Source of the DNA: Octopus sinensis
Taxonomy: Eukaryota
Length of the DNA stretch: 64,000 nucleotides
Assembly: GCF_006345805.1 (NCBI RefSeq)
Contig: NC_042997.1
Location: forward strand, 182,094,001-182,158,000
Reading direction: 5' to 3'
In this document: positions 25,503 through 38,690 of the stretch, one piece after another
Layout of the letters: each line of letters opens with the position of its first letter
Position numbering within the stretch: the stretch's first letter is position 1
Position numbers and translations under genes: made by a program
The notes under the pieces: model-generated
Databases searched by the model: none
What the model saw: only the letters and a program-made list of their open reading frames with translations
What the model was told of the DNA's origin: nothing

Positions 25503-26111
25503 ACTCCTTGATATACATGCCATATATGAGGGGAAATAATTTGTAGAACATAAAATGGATTGTAACACCCGTGAAGACCTATTAAAGAATGAACAGAATT
25601 CCAGACACATAACTGTGAAAAAATAAATTCCTGTTCAGGGAGACGACGTGCCTATCTATCGCAATTTCTCAAGAGATCGTGTTACCACGCCATTGCCCAT
25701 TATTACCGCAAACAACACAACAGCAAAGGTAATGTTGCAGCAGTAGAGTTTTTAATACAAAGTTTTTATTTACTTGCTGAGTAATCGTAATAGTATTCAT
25801 ATCAATGATAGTTGAATCAAATGTTTCAGCGTAGGAAGTACTTGCACTTGCTAAATAATGAAGTAGTCTTTGCAAGGGGCTGATTTCTGCTAACTCTAAG
25901 AAAACCACAGCAACTTCTCAACTAGCATCGTGGAAAATACGTGGCAATTTCCAAGGGTGTTTTTGCAAACAAAAAATGTGTTTCCCATGCAGTAAAATAT
26001 TGCAAATTATGTATTCATAAACTGACAAAAAGAGAAGACAGGCTTGGGTATGTGTCTTAAAGCAAGAGAAACAGCACTCAATATTAAAAAATACATGAAA
26101 ATACATGATAT

Positions 26112-26508
26112 AGGCGCAGGAGTGGCTGTGTGGTAAATAGCTTACTTACCAACCACGTTGTTCCGGGTTCAGTCCCGCTGCGTGGTACCTTGGGCAAGTG
26201 TCTTCTACTATAGCCTCGAGCCAACCAAAGTCTTGTGAGTGGATTTGGTAAACGGAAACTGAAAGAAGCCCATCGTATATATGTATATCTATATATATGT
26301 GTGTTTGTGTGTCTGTGTTTGTCCCCCCAACATCGCTTGACAACCGATGCTGGTGTGCTTAGGGTTGGACAAAAAAAGGCCGATAGAATAAGTACTAGGC
26401 TTACAATGAATAAGTCCTGGGGTCGATTTGCTCGACTAAAGGCGGTGCTCCAGCAAGGCCGCAGTCAAATGACTGAAACAAATACAAGAGTACAAGTGAG
26501 TACAAGAT
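26112..26508 (+). mobile_element. Full-length SINE family B
   Basis: Head ggcgcaggagtggctgtgtgg, B-box gggttcagtccc, CORE-like ccttgggcaagtgtctt, and a short repeated tail. Confidence 0.9.
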
Positions 26509-26509
26509 A

Positions 26510-26941
26510 AGGCGCAGAGCTGGCAGAATCGTTAGCATGCTGGGGAAAACGGTTAGCGGCATTTCATCCGTGTAAACTTAATGAGTTCAAATTTCATCGA
26601 GTTCGACTTTGCTTTACATCCATAGCGCGGTGAGCTGGCAGAACCGTCAACCCTCCGGACAAAATGTTTAATGGCATTTCTTCCGTCTTGACGTTCTGAG
26701 TTCAATTTCCGCCGAAGTCGACTTTAGTTCTCATCGTTTCGGAGTCGATAAAATAATACCAGTTGAGCACTGGAATCGTTTACATCGACGCTTCCTTCGA
26801 AATTGCTAGCCTTGAGCCAAAATTTGAAACGAATATTAAAGAATGCATACATACAAGCATGAATACATACATACATATATACATACATACATACATACAT
26901 ACATACGTACATACATACATACATACATACATATACATACA

Positions 26942-26972
<31 letters not shown>

Positions 26973-27285
26973 GAGCATGGCTAGATATGAAACTATATGC
27001 ATAAGAATACATACAGAAAGTAAAGCATACAAATCTCCGCATATACTCTCTTTACTCTTTACTGTTTTACTTGCTTCAGTCATTTGACTGAGGCCACGCT
27101 GGAGCACCGCCTTTAGTCGAGGAAATCGACTCCGGGACTTATTCTTTGTAAGCCTAGTACTTATTCTATCGGACTCTTTTGCCCAACCGTAAACACACCA
27201 GCATCGGTTGTCAAGCGATGCTAGGGGTGACAAACACAGACACACAAACATACACACATATATATACATATATACGACAACAAGC
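26510..27285. mobile_element. Cluster of family-A fragments (+), (TACA)n and a partial family-B SINE (-)
   Basis: Repeat motifs shared with other copies in the window. Confidence 0.75.
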
Positions 27286-27289
27286 AAAA

Positions 27290-27630
27290 ATACCTTCTTG
27301 TACATGTTGAAATTCCAATGAAGAAGCCTTGAAATCGGCTCTTTCTCTATTGACAAGGAATCTTGAAATAAAACTGAACAATGACATACATTGAAAATAC
27401 TTTGCTGAACTATTGAGGAATCTACAGTTACTCTATCCAGATTATAAATTCAGGTTTATACCTGTAATTATTGGGACACTGAGATATGTAACACACTGCC
27501 TAAATGCAAATCTTGAGAAATTAGGTTTCTCAAAACAAGAAAGGAGAAAGTTGATTCGAAGTCTACAGATCCAAGACATCACTGGAACTGTAAAAATCTG
27601 TAAAACTTTCCAGAAGTTTATCATTTAAGT
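27290..27630 (+). mobile_element. 3' end of a REL-endonuclease-type non-LTR retrotransposon, followed by (CATA)n
   Basis: LRNLQLLYPDYKFRFIPVIIGTL...ITGTVKICKTF* resembles R2/R4/CRE-type C-termini. (CATA)n runs 27733-27881. Confidence 0.65.
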
Positions 27631-28212
27631 ATATAAGAGCATGTTGTGACATGCAACTATATGCCTAAGGATACATACATAAAACAAAACATACAAATCT
27701 GTACATATACATACATGCATGCATGCACACACACATACATACATACATACATACATACATACATACATACATACATACATACATACATACATACATACAT
27801 ACATACATACATACATACATACATACATACATACATACATACATACATACATACATACATACATACATACATACATACATACTACTGTGTTATCTGTCAT
27901 ATGGCGAGTAACTACGGAAATATACTTTCGCCACCATAGGTAGTATCAGGAAATATGGCATGCATACAATAATTGTAATTTAACTTTTATCAAATCTCTC
28001 AGTACTTACACATTATGATGAAATGAATACTAATTTTCTGAAGAAAAAAAATATTAATTACTTTAAAATAAAATAGAATAAAGCAATTTTCTGTTTGTAT
28101 ATTTGCAATAAATATGTTATTAATTTTCTAAATTTTATCAATATAATCGAAATCAACTCTATCGAAAACCTATCAGAAAGTTATTAGACACAACACCTTT
28201 CATGTTAACACA

Positions 28213-28292
<80 letters not shown>

Positions 28293-28512
28293 CTTGCTTG
28301 CTCTCTGTCTGTTTCGTGTGGATGCAGCATTTTGAATTGTTTAAATAGTTACGATGTTCGCTTCATATCATATGGTTCCGGGTTAGGTCTTACTGCATAA
28401 CATCTTGGGCAAGTATCTTTTACTATAACCTAGGATTGATCTAAGCCTTGTGAACGATCCTGAATATACGGAGACTGTGTGGATTGTGCCTGGAATTCAA
28501 AAGTTCGGCTTT

Positions 28513-28607
28513 GATATATATAGTTAATCCAAACGTGAAAACACAAAGAGAAAACACAACAACGCGAGGACGTGGAACAAGTATAGTGTTATTGGACGCT
28601 CAGGAAA
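28513..28607 (-). mobile_element. 3' half of the 7.2-kb TA-associated element
   Basis: Its reverse complement matches 7330-7415 (ttcctgagcgtccaataaca...tttggattaac), abutting TA. Confidence 0.8.
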
Positions 28608-29042
28608 TACTGTGTTATAATTTTGACAGAGAATTAAGTCAAGGATACATATGTCTGTGAAACACTTAGCCACTTAAGCTCTAATTCAGTAAGCAGATAA
28701 TTCAGTTGATCAAATAACTGTGTATTCATAACCGAAACCAACGGAGACCTATTTCCTATATTTATATGTGTATGTACGTATATTTATAGTAATACTTGTG
28801 AAGCGAACGATTGGCAGCGTTGCTGTAGTGTCAGGCAAAACGTCTTGCGGCATTTATTCCAACACTTTATGGTCTGAATTCAAATCCTGCCGAGACCAAC
28901 TGTGTCCTTTCTCCCGCCGAGATCGAAAAAAATAAATATGACAATCAAATAGGGGAGTCGATTTAATCGACTAAATTCTCACTAAAAGTTCAGGCTTGTC
29001 CCTATGTAACAAAATATAATAGTAGCTTTTATATGTCGTATA

Positions 29043-29100
<58 letters not shown>

Positions 29101-29164
29101 ATACTATATATATTGGCTTGGATTTTTTCATCTGAGCTGCATTTAGTCCGGAAGTCTAGTCTTA

Positions 29165-29430
29165 ATTAACTGGTACTTCTTCGGTTACAACTACGACGGT
29201 TCCAGTTGATCCGACCAATGGAACAGCTTGCTTGCGAAATCAACATGCAAGTGGCTGAGCAGCCCACAGACACGCGTACCCTTAATGTAGTTCTCAAGGA
29301 GATTCAGTGTGACACAGAATGTGATGAGACCGGCCCTTTGAAATACAGGTACTACTCATTTTTGCCAGCTGAGTGGAATGGAGCAAGGTGAAATAAAGTG
29401 TCTTACTTAAGGTCACAATGCACCACCAAG
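29165..29430 (-). mobile_element. Decayed family-F SINE
   Basis: Shares gcaagtggctgagc...ccctttgaaatacaggtac with 33005-33329. Confidence 0.75.
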
Positions 29431-29453
29431 AATCGACCTCACGTTCACACGTC

Positions 29454-29812
29454 GATTATATTGACCAGTTCTCAACTGGTACTTATTTTATCAACCCCAA
29501 AAGGTGAAATTCCTCGGCGGAATTTGAACTCAGTACGAATAGACGGACGCTAAGCATTTTTCGGTGTGCTAACGATACTTATTTCTTTATTGCCCACGAG
29601 GGGCTAAACATAGAGGGGGAAAACAAGTACAGACAAACGGATTAAGTCTATTACAACGACCCCAGTGCGTCACTGGTACTTAATCTATCGACACCGAAAG
29701 GATGAAAGGTAAAGTCGACCTCGGCGGAATTTGAACTCAGAACGCAGCGGCGGACGAAATACCGCTCAGCATTTCATCCAGCACGCTAACGATTCTGCCA
29801 GCTCGCCGCCAT
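29454..29812 (-). mobile_element. Degenerate family-A SINE with a younger family-A SINE nested at its end
   Basis: Outer copy 29454-29579, inner copy 29580-29812. Confidence 0.8.
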
Positions 29813-30651
29813 GTGGGCCGAATACCCTAACCACTAAACTATGTGCCTTCAACCAGTCTAATTAGTCTATAGAGATTCAGCAGCTTACCATTTTAAACAA
29901 CATGAATACTGTATGATTGATGAGCATTTGATTAGCTAACAGTGTTAATTTCAAATTCTACTATTAATATGCAAAAGGTAATGGGTTATGATTTCGCTGA
30001 ACATTTGGCTTATTTCAAAATCACAAGAGATTATTTGCGATTTAATGAATTGGTGATATTAAAGTGTAACATTTTACAGTAGATTTTAGAGTCTTTGTAT
30101 CCTAGAAAATTGGTTGTGAGTTGTTACTGTTTTGACTTTTTTGTTTTTTGTCTGTTTTTTTTTTAATATTGTATTTGTCATTGTATCGGTGGTGTTGTTT
30201 GTATTGCTGTGGTAAGGGCAAAGTGAAGAGACAGTACGTATATAACACTGGCATGTTGGTCAATGAGTCTATATTCACTCAGAATTTTTTGTTGCTATTG
30301 TTTTTTGTTTTTGTAGGAGTGGATGGTGTTTTGGATGCCGTCTAGGAAGTTTATATAGGACTAGCAAACAAAATACAATTTCAAAAGTATGGGAGGACAT
30401 TAAAACCACACGAAGAATTTAAACAATTCAAAGTGGGAGCAGTAATATGAAATTTATGCATAGCATATATCATGATCAATGGAAACCTATATAAAAATTA
30501 TAACCGTTACATTCATGATTATACATCGTATAAGGATCAAACATAATGGTTGGAATGAATCAATAGAAAACAGAACATGAACACATTTAACATCTCCAAA
30601 ATAATAATGATTTCAAATTTTGACACAATGCCAGCAATTTTTATGCATGTT

Positions 30652-31008
30652 GATTATATTGACCAGTTCTCAACTGGTACTTATCTTATCAACCCCAAAA
30701 GGTGAAATTCCTCGGCGGCATTTGAACTCAATACGTATAGACGGAAGGCTAAGCATTTTTCGGTGTGCTAACGATTCTTATTTGTTTACTACCCACAAGG
30801 GGCTAAACACAGAGAAGACAAACAAGAACAGACAAACGGATTAAGTCGATTATATCGACCCCAGTGCGTAACTGATACTTATTTAATCGACCCCGAAAGG
30901 ATGAAAGGCAAAGTCGACCTCGGCGGAATTTAAACTCAGAACATAACGGCAGACGAAATACCGCTAAGCATTTCGCCCGGCGTGCTAACGATTCTGTCAG
31001 CTCACTGC
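30652..31008 (-). mobile_element. Second compound family-A unit, near-identical in layout to 29454-29812
   Basis: Outer copy 30652-30778 shares a private deletion; inner copy 30779-31008. Confidence 0.8.
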
Positions 31009-32152
31009 TATCGCCTCCAAAAATAATAATAGTGATTCTTATTATTCCTCAATGACAATAGAACGCTCTGAACACTTTTTCATATTATTTGCTTTACTGC
31101 CGAATACAACCTCAGTCAAGATGTTAAGAATTTCGTTTGGACAATTAGTGAGGTCCACTACATATTTGCTTCTAATTGCCTGTTCATTATTTTTTTCTCA
31201 TAGACAAGGAATAGACTTGAGTTGAATATGTAGTAATTTCAAAATGTTATCACGGTTAGTATCGGAAACTCCTCCCTAATCACTGCTTCATCTCGCATAA
31301 TCTCACAAAAATTTCCAGATACTCTCGGTTCTGCGCTACTTGCTACTTGTGTACAGTGTTTACTTAGCCTAACACCAGCATTTCGCGCCTTGTGTTTGCT
31401 CGATGATCCTGTTTCAGTGATATCCCCTGCAGAAGCAGTGGCACCTATTGAGATTCATTAGTCCCATTGACTTCTTTGATATTTTCATCACTTGAAATAT
31501 TTTCAAATGCTGAGTTTGGATCTGTAGAGATTTGAAGAAGGGTTTGGGGATATCTTGATCGTCAATGTCAACACATCTTTCCTTGGAAATAGTTTGTGTG
31601 GTTGGATGTTATAGATATATAACTTTGATCACTCTCACTCTTTTCTTATCTGAAATATTTAACACCAAATGCTTTTGTTTTTCTATTGAGATCTTTTAGG
31701 CACTGATGTGACCAGTATAAATAGTCTATCTGTGTCTGTTGTTGCAAGGGAGGGTGCATTCTGCACATTTACACAGCCGTTTACATGTTTTTACCATAAA
31801 ATTAGTATACACAATTTGGCTTTGGTAGAGAGCACTGATCAACGATACTATAAATAAATTTCAGTGTAAGCATATTCATTTTCCACCTACAGAACTCGTC
31901 CAGAACATTTTACATCAAGCATTAAATATAGAAAGACTGTGAGGCTCCAGAATTTTCTGTAATAAACAAAAATGAGGCTGGAGTGTAATTAACTGAGTTA
32001 ACTCTGAGAATATAAGAGTGTTAAGTTAATTCCTCTACTCCTAAAACAGTAATAGAACAAATTCAAAGTTTTTAACTAGAATTTTCATTTATATATTGAC
32101 GGCAATTAATTTGCAACTACCGGTGATTTGTTAATAGTTTTGTTCCATCAAA

Positions 32153-32570
32153 GGCAGCGAGCTGACAGAATCGTTACTGCACCAGGTGAAATGCTTAGCA
32201 GCATTTAGTCCGTATTAACTTTCTGAATTCAAATTCCGCCGAGGTCGACTTTGCCTTCATCCTTTCGGGGTCGATAAATTAAGTACCAATTACACACTGG
32301 GGTCGATGTCATCGACTTAATTCCGTTGTCTGTCCTTGTTTGTCCCCTCTATGTTTAGTCCCTTGTGGGCAATAATGAAATAAGAATCTTTACTGCGCCA
32401 GGTGAAATGCTTGGCAGCATTGTTAACGTTCTGAGTTGAAATTCTGCCGAAGTCGACTTTGTCATCCTTTTGGAGTTGATAAAATAAGTACCAGTTGAGC
32501 GTTGGGGGTCGATGTATCGACTTACCCACCTCCTCTGAAATTGCTAGCCTTGTACCAAAATTCGAAACCA
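32153..32570 (+). mobile_element. Family-A SINE followed by a second decayed copy
   Basis: Head ggcagcgagctgacagaatc and tail at ~32382, then a partial repeat. Confidence 0.8.
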
Positions 32571-32898
32571 ATATATTTAGTTCATCAGTCTGGTTTTTTC
32601 CCTTGATTTGCCGGAATTTGCCCGTTGTTTGTCTGGATTTGGAAGAGCAGTTTTCCCTACCCTCTAATTCATATCCTCGTGAATATATAGACAAACGTTT
32701 GCATATATCAGGAATAAGCAACCTTTTTCGAGATGTAGGCTATATAAAACATGGCCCTTTTTCAAACGAGCCTCACTATTAAAAAAAATTTTAAATAATT
32801 TTTCATTTAGGTGTTACATTTAGAAAGACCAGCAGGTCGTAGTTTGTCTGTGACTGGGCTATACAGAGGCGAGTTTGCGTGTACATGTGTACGCGAGT

Positions 32899-32930
<32 letters not shown>

Positions 32931-33004
32931 GTATATATATATAAGTTCAGTAAAAATTTAGATTCAGTTGAATAAGTTAAAGGCACCAGAATTTGGTATG
33001 GTAT

Positions 33005-33329
33005 AGGAGCACTCCGTCGGTTGCGACGATGAGGGTCCCAGCTGATACGATCAACGGAACAGCTTGCTCGTGATATTAACGTGCAAGTGGCTGAGCACTC
33101 CACAGACACGTGTACCCTTAACGTAGTTCTCGAGGAGATTCAGCGTGACACAGAGTGTGACAAGGCTGGCCCTTTGAAATACAGGTACAAGAGAAACAGG
33201 AAGAAAGAGCGAGAGAAAGTTGTGGTGAAAGAGTACAGCAGGGTTCACCACCACCCCCTGCCGGAGCCTCGTGGAGCTTTAGGTGTTTTCGCTCAATAAA
33301 CACTCACAATGCCCGGTCTGGGAATCGAA
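33005..33329 (-). mobile_element. Family-F SINE, 5'-truncated at the B box, with 15-bp TSD
   Basis: TSD aatttggtatggtat at 32990-33004 and 33330-33344. Confidence 0.9.
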
Positions 33330-33421
33330 AATTTGGTATGGTATTATCCATATAATTAAAAATGGGGTGATTTTAATCAAAATAAGCAACAACTCTGGAT
33401 ATCCTTGTTGCTTATTTTGAT

Positions 33422-33514
<93 letters not shown>

Positions 33515-34209
33515 CTTTAATGTTGGGGAGTAAGAGCAACGGCAAAACCTATATAACTGCTCCTGGGTAACATTTAGTGTGTTTTAATGTTTAATTAGAT
33601 CCCTTTTAATTTTCTTTTTGCGACTAGATGTTTGAAGTAATATATCAGATGGAGAGGGGGCGGCTTAGAGGAATCAGGCATTTTTGACAGGAATAGAATT
33701 TAGAAACGTGCTTTATATAAGAGAGGGAGAAATCCAGTGAGGGTAATAAATAGAGAAGTCACGAAGGTATCGATTGAATTTCATTGAAGATGATACATAT
33801 CCGACAGATTCTCCTGAGGTCATTAAACTATTAGTAAATGATGACACGATGATATGATGACACAGGATACACCTTGGTGATGAGCCAGTAGTGAATGTTA
33901 AAATATTCTGGCTGTCGTCTAATATAGAAAGGAGAATGACGCGTGCAGCATCATGCAATGTACGAGCTATATGCAATCAGTGAATAAATATTTGATGAGT
34001 TGTAAATTAGTATCTGTTCGGACCTGAATTAACTGCTGAGATTAAAGACGAAAACTAGTACTTTTAACACAATTTTAGTTACGTTTAATACGTGATGAGA
34101 TTCTATGAACAATATCCGGAGATTGAGAATTCTAATATATCTAATGAAATATATTTCGTTTTTGGATTTGGTTTGCAAGATTTTTTATATGAGTTCGTGT
34201 GTTGAAGCA

Positions 34210-34491
34210 TATTCTGTTGTGTCTGGGGAGCGTCATTTTCTTTCTGTGCCTTATGATATAACACTCTCACCGGTAAAATTTCCACTTTTTTCTTATTTTT
34301 GTTTTCCTAAAAATTTTCGTTGCGTCTTGCAATCTTTTCAATACCATTGAGTCAAAACTATTTAAAAGGTTGCAAGACACAACGAAAATTTTAGGAAAAT
34401 AAAAATAAGAAAAAAGTGGAAATTTTACCGGTGAGTGTGTTATATTATAAGGCACAGAAAGAAAATGACTCTCCCCAGACACAATAGAATA
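34210..34491. mobile_element. Palindromic MITE-like hairpin element
   Basis: Arms 34210-34343 and 34359-34491 are near-perfect reverse complements around a 15-nt loop. TA lies at both ends. Confidence 0.8.
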
Positions 34492-36074
34492 ATGAAATGT
34501 AATTAACTAAGCTGTTTATTTCACATATATTTAATATAGCGGTGTCTTTCCTTAAGAGGTGTAGTGAATATGTTTAAGGATAGAGGTTTAAACAAGAGAA
34601 TTGAGCCTGTATAAGGACAACGTGTGCATTTCAAATACCAGAGGAAGAGGAATTTGATCATTTCACTTGATAGTGCAAACGTTGTCGATACACATACTGC
34701 TGTAAACCTACCGGTTTCTCTCGCTTAAGTTTTGCTCGTAGTATCCCTGTTGTTACTTAGCGCAGGCCAACCCTGATCGTGCCAAACTATGACGACAGAA
34801 GTCCTGATCTTGATAATCTCGTCTTTATTCTGAGTTTCTAGATGATATTATTTGCTTTTGACACATAAAAACGGGATTCCATACCGCATGGCAAATTGTA
34901 TAACCCTCATCCCAGCGAAGCAGCCTCTTCATATTTGCAAGAAATAGCAACTAAGTGGTCCCCAAATCATACTCTACCATCTTTAAAAAAATTAGAAAGA
35001 CATATTTGGGATAATGTTCAAAAGGAACACTAACGCATCGATTTCACTGGTCTAGGAGGTCCTGTGAAGACCATGAAAACAGGCCCTTTCTCTAGACCAA
35101 CCCAATAATTATATTCAATGTTATAGATACACTGCATTCGTTTGCAAGCAGATGAGATGGTCATGACTGAAATACCTTTAGATCATAGCTCTGCACACTT
35201 AATCCTAACCTAAAGCTAAGCAACAACTGCAACAGTGTTCTACTGACTGCGTTGTTATCAATAAAAATAACTATTTACACAGACGCAATATCAGAAATTG
35301 TGTAGTATAGTCGATTAAATTGACTCCAGAACTTAGCTGATAATCTCACTTCGTCACCTCTCGGAGAGATGACAAGTAAATTCTATCTCAGTGGAGTTTG
35401 TACTCAGGACGTAAAGCGCTATGATGTTCTGGTGTCTTGGTTCTCAATCTTTAGGAATTCGCGGTGCACTGGAGAGTAAGAAATTGCTGGTACATTTTGC
35501 TAAGGGATTTTTTTGGAAGAAAATAGAGTACAAAAAAAGGAGATTTAGAGTAAAACAAAATAGAGAAAATATAAAAAATACATGAAGATTCTAAAACGAA
35601 TCCAGAAAAGAGGTATTCGGACTGATTGGCATAAAGTCACACAAACATACCTGGCTTTTAAATCCTTTCTTTGCCTTTTTACGAGGAAATTCTACCAAGT
35701 TTTACAATAGAATCATGTATATCATTGTATAATATATTTTGCGTGTTCATTTGTATAAGTAACAAAAGAAACCATCTTTAAAATTACATTGGGACTTTAT
35801 TCCTTCGTAAAGTGGTGCGATTGATCAAAGCAAGAAACAGTATAAGTTATACAGTACAAGGTCTACCGTTTTGATAATTCAGCTTGGATCGTCATTGATT
35901 GCATGGGCTCTGTTACATATCAATTCTCCTCTGGAATGCAGGATCTGCAGACTCACCTCAATGAAAGCTCTCAGCCTTCTAACTCGTAAATAACTTGTTG
36001 CAACAATTTGTGGAGAAAAAGAGGCTCCAGAACACATTCAAGATAAGTCGCTTGAAATATATTACGCGCAACAT

Positions 36075-36512
36075 ATCCATGGGGATTATGAGATACATAC
36101 AAACAGGCAAATAAATAATAACAAGCCAGACATTGTCATCAAAGGCGTAAGATAAAAAAAACATGCCTGTTAATTGATATGACAGTGCCTACTGGTAGAA
36201 GAAACATTTCAGCAAAGGAATTTGAAAAACTGTTGAAATATAAGGACCTTGAGATTGGGATGTCTAGGATGTGGAAAATTAAAACCCAAAACCATCCCTG
36301 TTGTTGCAGATGTCCTGGGAATAATCAAGAAAGAAAGTGACAAATTTTTTTGATCAGATCCCTAGGAAACAACAATCTATGAGACTCAAAACAAATGTAT
36401 TGACATCAACCGCCCACATTCTCAGAAAGTTTCTCTCTGTCTAGTATATACGTGCCTTAGAACTCTGGTTGAGACCCGGTCGGAAGATGAAATAAAATGC
36501 AAATAAATTGGG

Positions 36513-36513
<1 letters not shown>
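36075..36513 (+). mobile_element. 3' end of an R4/Dong-like REL non-LTR element, followed by (AAT)14
   Basis: DYEIHTNRQINNNKPDIVIK...LIDMTVP...EKLLKYKDL...TAHILRKFLS* carries the PD..D/K REL motif. AAT run at 36514-36555. Confidence 0.85.
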
Positions 36514-36556
<43 letters not shown>

Positions 36557-37212
36557 GTTTGACCATAACCAGTTGAGCATGTCCCTTAGTGGCTGGCGAT
36601 ATGTGCATCTCTGATCACGAGCAGAAGTAGTGGGGGAGCATCATAGCCGTGTGTTGAGAGGGATTCTTTGGGGTTTGAATAATTCACCTCTGGAAACATG
36701 GATGTTTCGTTCAACATCCTTAAACAACCCTTATTCAGGGACCTTTCGAGTGGGATGGGTTACTCGACCTGAAGAAAATTCTAACTGGGCCCCACCTACA
36801 ACGTCATGTGCTGTTTATCTTGATATGAGATCACCATGTAGCGCACATATGGTTGTGATGCATGTGCCTAGTGTACCCTTATCAGACGGGTAGTCATGAT
36901 GGGTATGCTGGGCTTCGTATATTTTACCCCAGTGTCACTTTGATGGCATGCACTGCTCTCTCACTCAATAATAATAATAAAATTTAATACCCTGATGCAG
37001 CACCAGGCAGTGGCTCTCGTGGCTTCTGATCTTAACTGATTGGAAGTGTTATCATGTACATTGTTTTGTCTTTGGGGTTTGAATAATTCACCCCAGGAAA
37101 CATGGGTGTTTCGTTCAACATCCTTAAACAACCCTTATTCAGGGACCTTTTGAGCGGGATGGATTATTCGACCAGAAGAAAATTCTAACTGGGCCCCACC
37201 TACAAGGTCATG
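36557..37212 (+). mobile_element. Non-coding repeat, two overlapping copies, the first ending in (TAA)n
   Basis: 36666-36808 is repeated at 37070-37212. The first copy ends ctctctcactcaataataataataa. Confidence 0.7.
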
Positions 37213-37863
37213 GAAAGAGTGTGGAAAATGTGACCCACTTGGTAAGTGGATGTAAGAGCCTTGCACAAAAAGAATACAAGCGCTGCTACGATAAAGTGTA
37301 TGTATATCTTCATTAGCTCTTATGCCGTAAATACCGATATGAAGTAGCAGAGAACTGGTATGAGCATGTTCCGAGTAAAGCTATGCAGGTTGATGGATAA
37401 GTAACGATACTCTGGGACTATGATTTTCAGACGGATCGTGTAATCGAACACCGTCGGCGGGATATTGTCATATTGAATAAGAGAGAGAAATACTGTCAGA
37501 TCATTGATGTAGCCATACCAAATGACATGAATGTTGTGAGTAAAGAGGTCGAAAAAATCACCAAGTACTCCGAATTGAAAGTGGAAATGGCAAGACTGTA
37601 CGGAATGTGAGAGGGTAATGTAAAAGTGATACCAGTGGTGATCGGAGCGTTGGGCTCAATCCCATTGAAACTTCAAGACTTCTTAAGGCAACTGGAAATC
37701 CCATGCAAGATTGATGTCTTGCAAAAAGCAGTCTTATTGGGCACAGTGTACATCTTAAGGAAAGTATTATTTGTTTGAGGTCCTTGTTGTGACTTGACAG
37801 ATGACTAAAGACTCCGGTTCATTTTTACCTACACTGTGTTACGATTCTCTCACCTCGTAGCTA

Positions 37864-37864
<1 letters not shown>
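37213..37864 (+). mobile_element. 3' end of a second R4/Dong-like REL element, followed by (AAG)19
   Basis: ENVTHLVSGC (end of a zinc knuckle), WYEHVP, ILWDYDFQTDRVIEHRRRDIVI, IIDVAIP, KITKY, IPVVIGALG. Stops present. Confidence 0.9.
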
Positions 37865-37894
<30 letters not shown>

Positions 37895-37944
37895 AAGAAG
37901 AAGAAGAAGAAGAAGAAGAAGAGGGGGAGGAGGAGGGGGTATAT

Positions 37945-38690
37945 TTTATTAGCCTCAAAGGCCCAGTATGCTAGGAGCGTTACTATGGCAAAATGCGGAA
38001 GAAATAAAAAGAAACAAGAACCAGCGATGTTACATTGAATAAAAGAATGGGATCAGTTGTCACGAAATACAGCAGATAGATAACTAAATTATAATAACAA
38101 TACAGAACAATGCAATTCAAGAAAGAATCGTCTACGTAAGGAACCACTAAGTTAATTCAAGAAACTTCACACACAACTCCTGATGATTCTGTCAAACCAA
38201 AACTTTGTCCCAGCTCTCGCTGCCAGCCATCAACCACATAGAACGGGCCCATTTAAAGGCACTCTAATTACGCTACTCTGCCTCACCTTTCAAAACAATT
38301 TACTGGAGAGCAGCGCCTCCTTCTCCACTCTAACTTTCCTCTTCAAGTGGCACTTTAAAAAGTTGCTCTCAAATATCTCAACTGCATTCACCATACGACT
38401 TCCTTTATCATAGCCACAAAACGCGAAGACAAACAGTTGTTCCTTATCGAAGAATGACGACGTGTTGACATTCACGATAGATTTGATTGATAGACCCACT
38501 CAGTCCACCTGCACGTGATGATAGCTGTTTAACAAACCCACAAATCAGCAATGCGCTGACACTAGTATCTACAAGTGAGAACGACGTCACCGTAGTAACG
38601 TCGGTCATAGAGTCCTCGGCCAACGTCGTGAGATGCTGAACGAACTGTGTCGAGCACGTACCGCGTAGTTTCGCCACCCTGCACGCATCC
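37945..38690 (-). mobile_element. 3' end of a probable Tx1/L1-like LINE with 3' UTR and AATAAA
   Basis: FLKCHLKRKVRVEKEALLSS resembles Tx1-type ORF2 C-termini (recalled, not searched). A pyrimidine-rich UTR ends gctaataaaata, tail-to-tail with the REL element. Confidence 0.55.
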
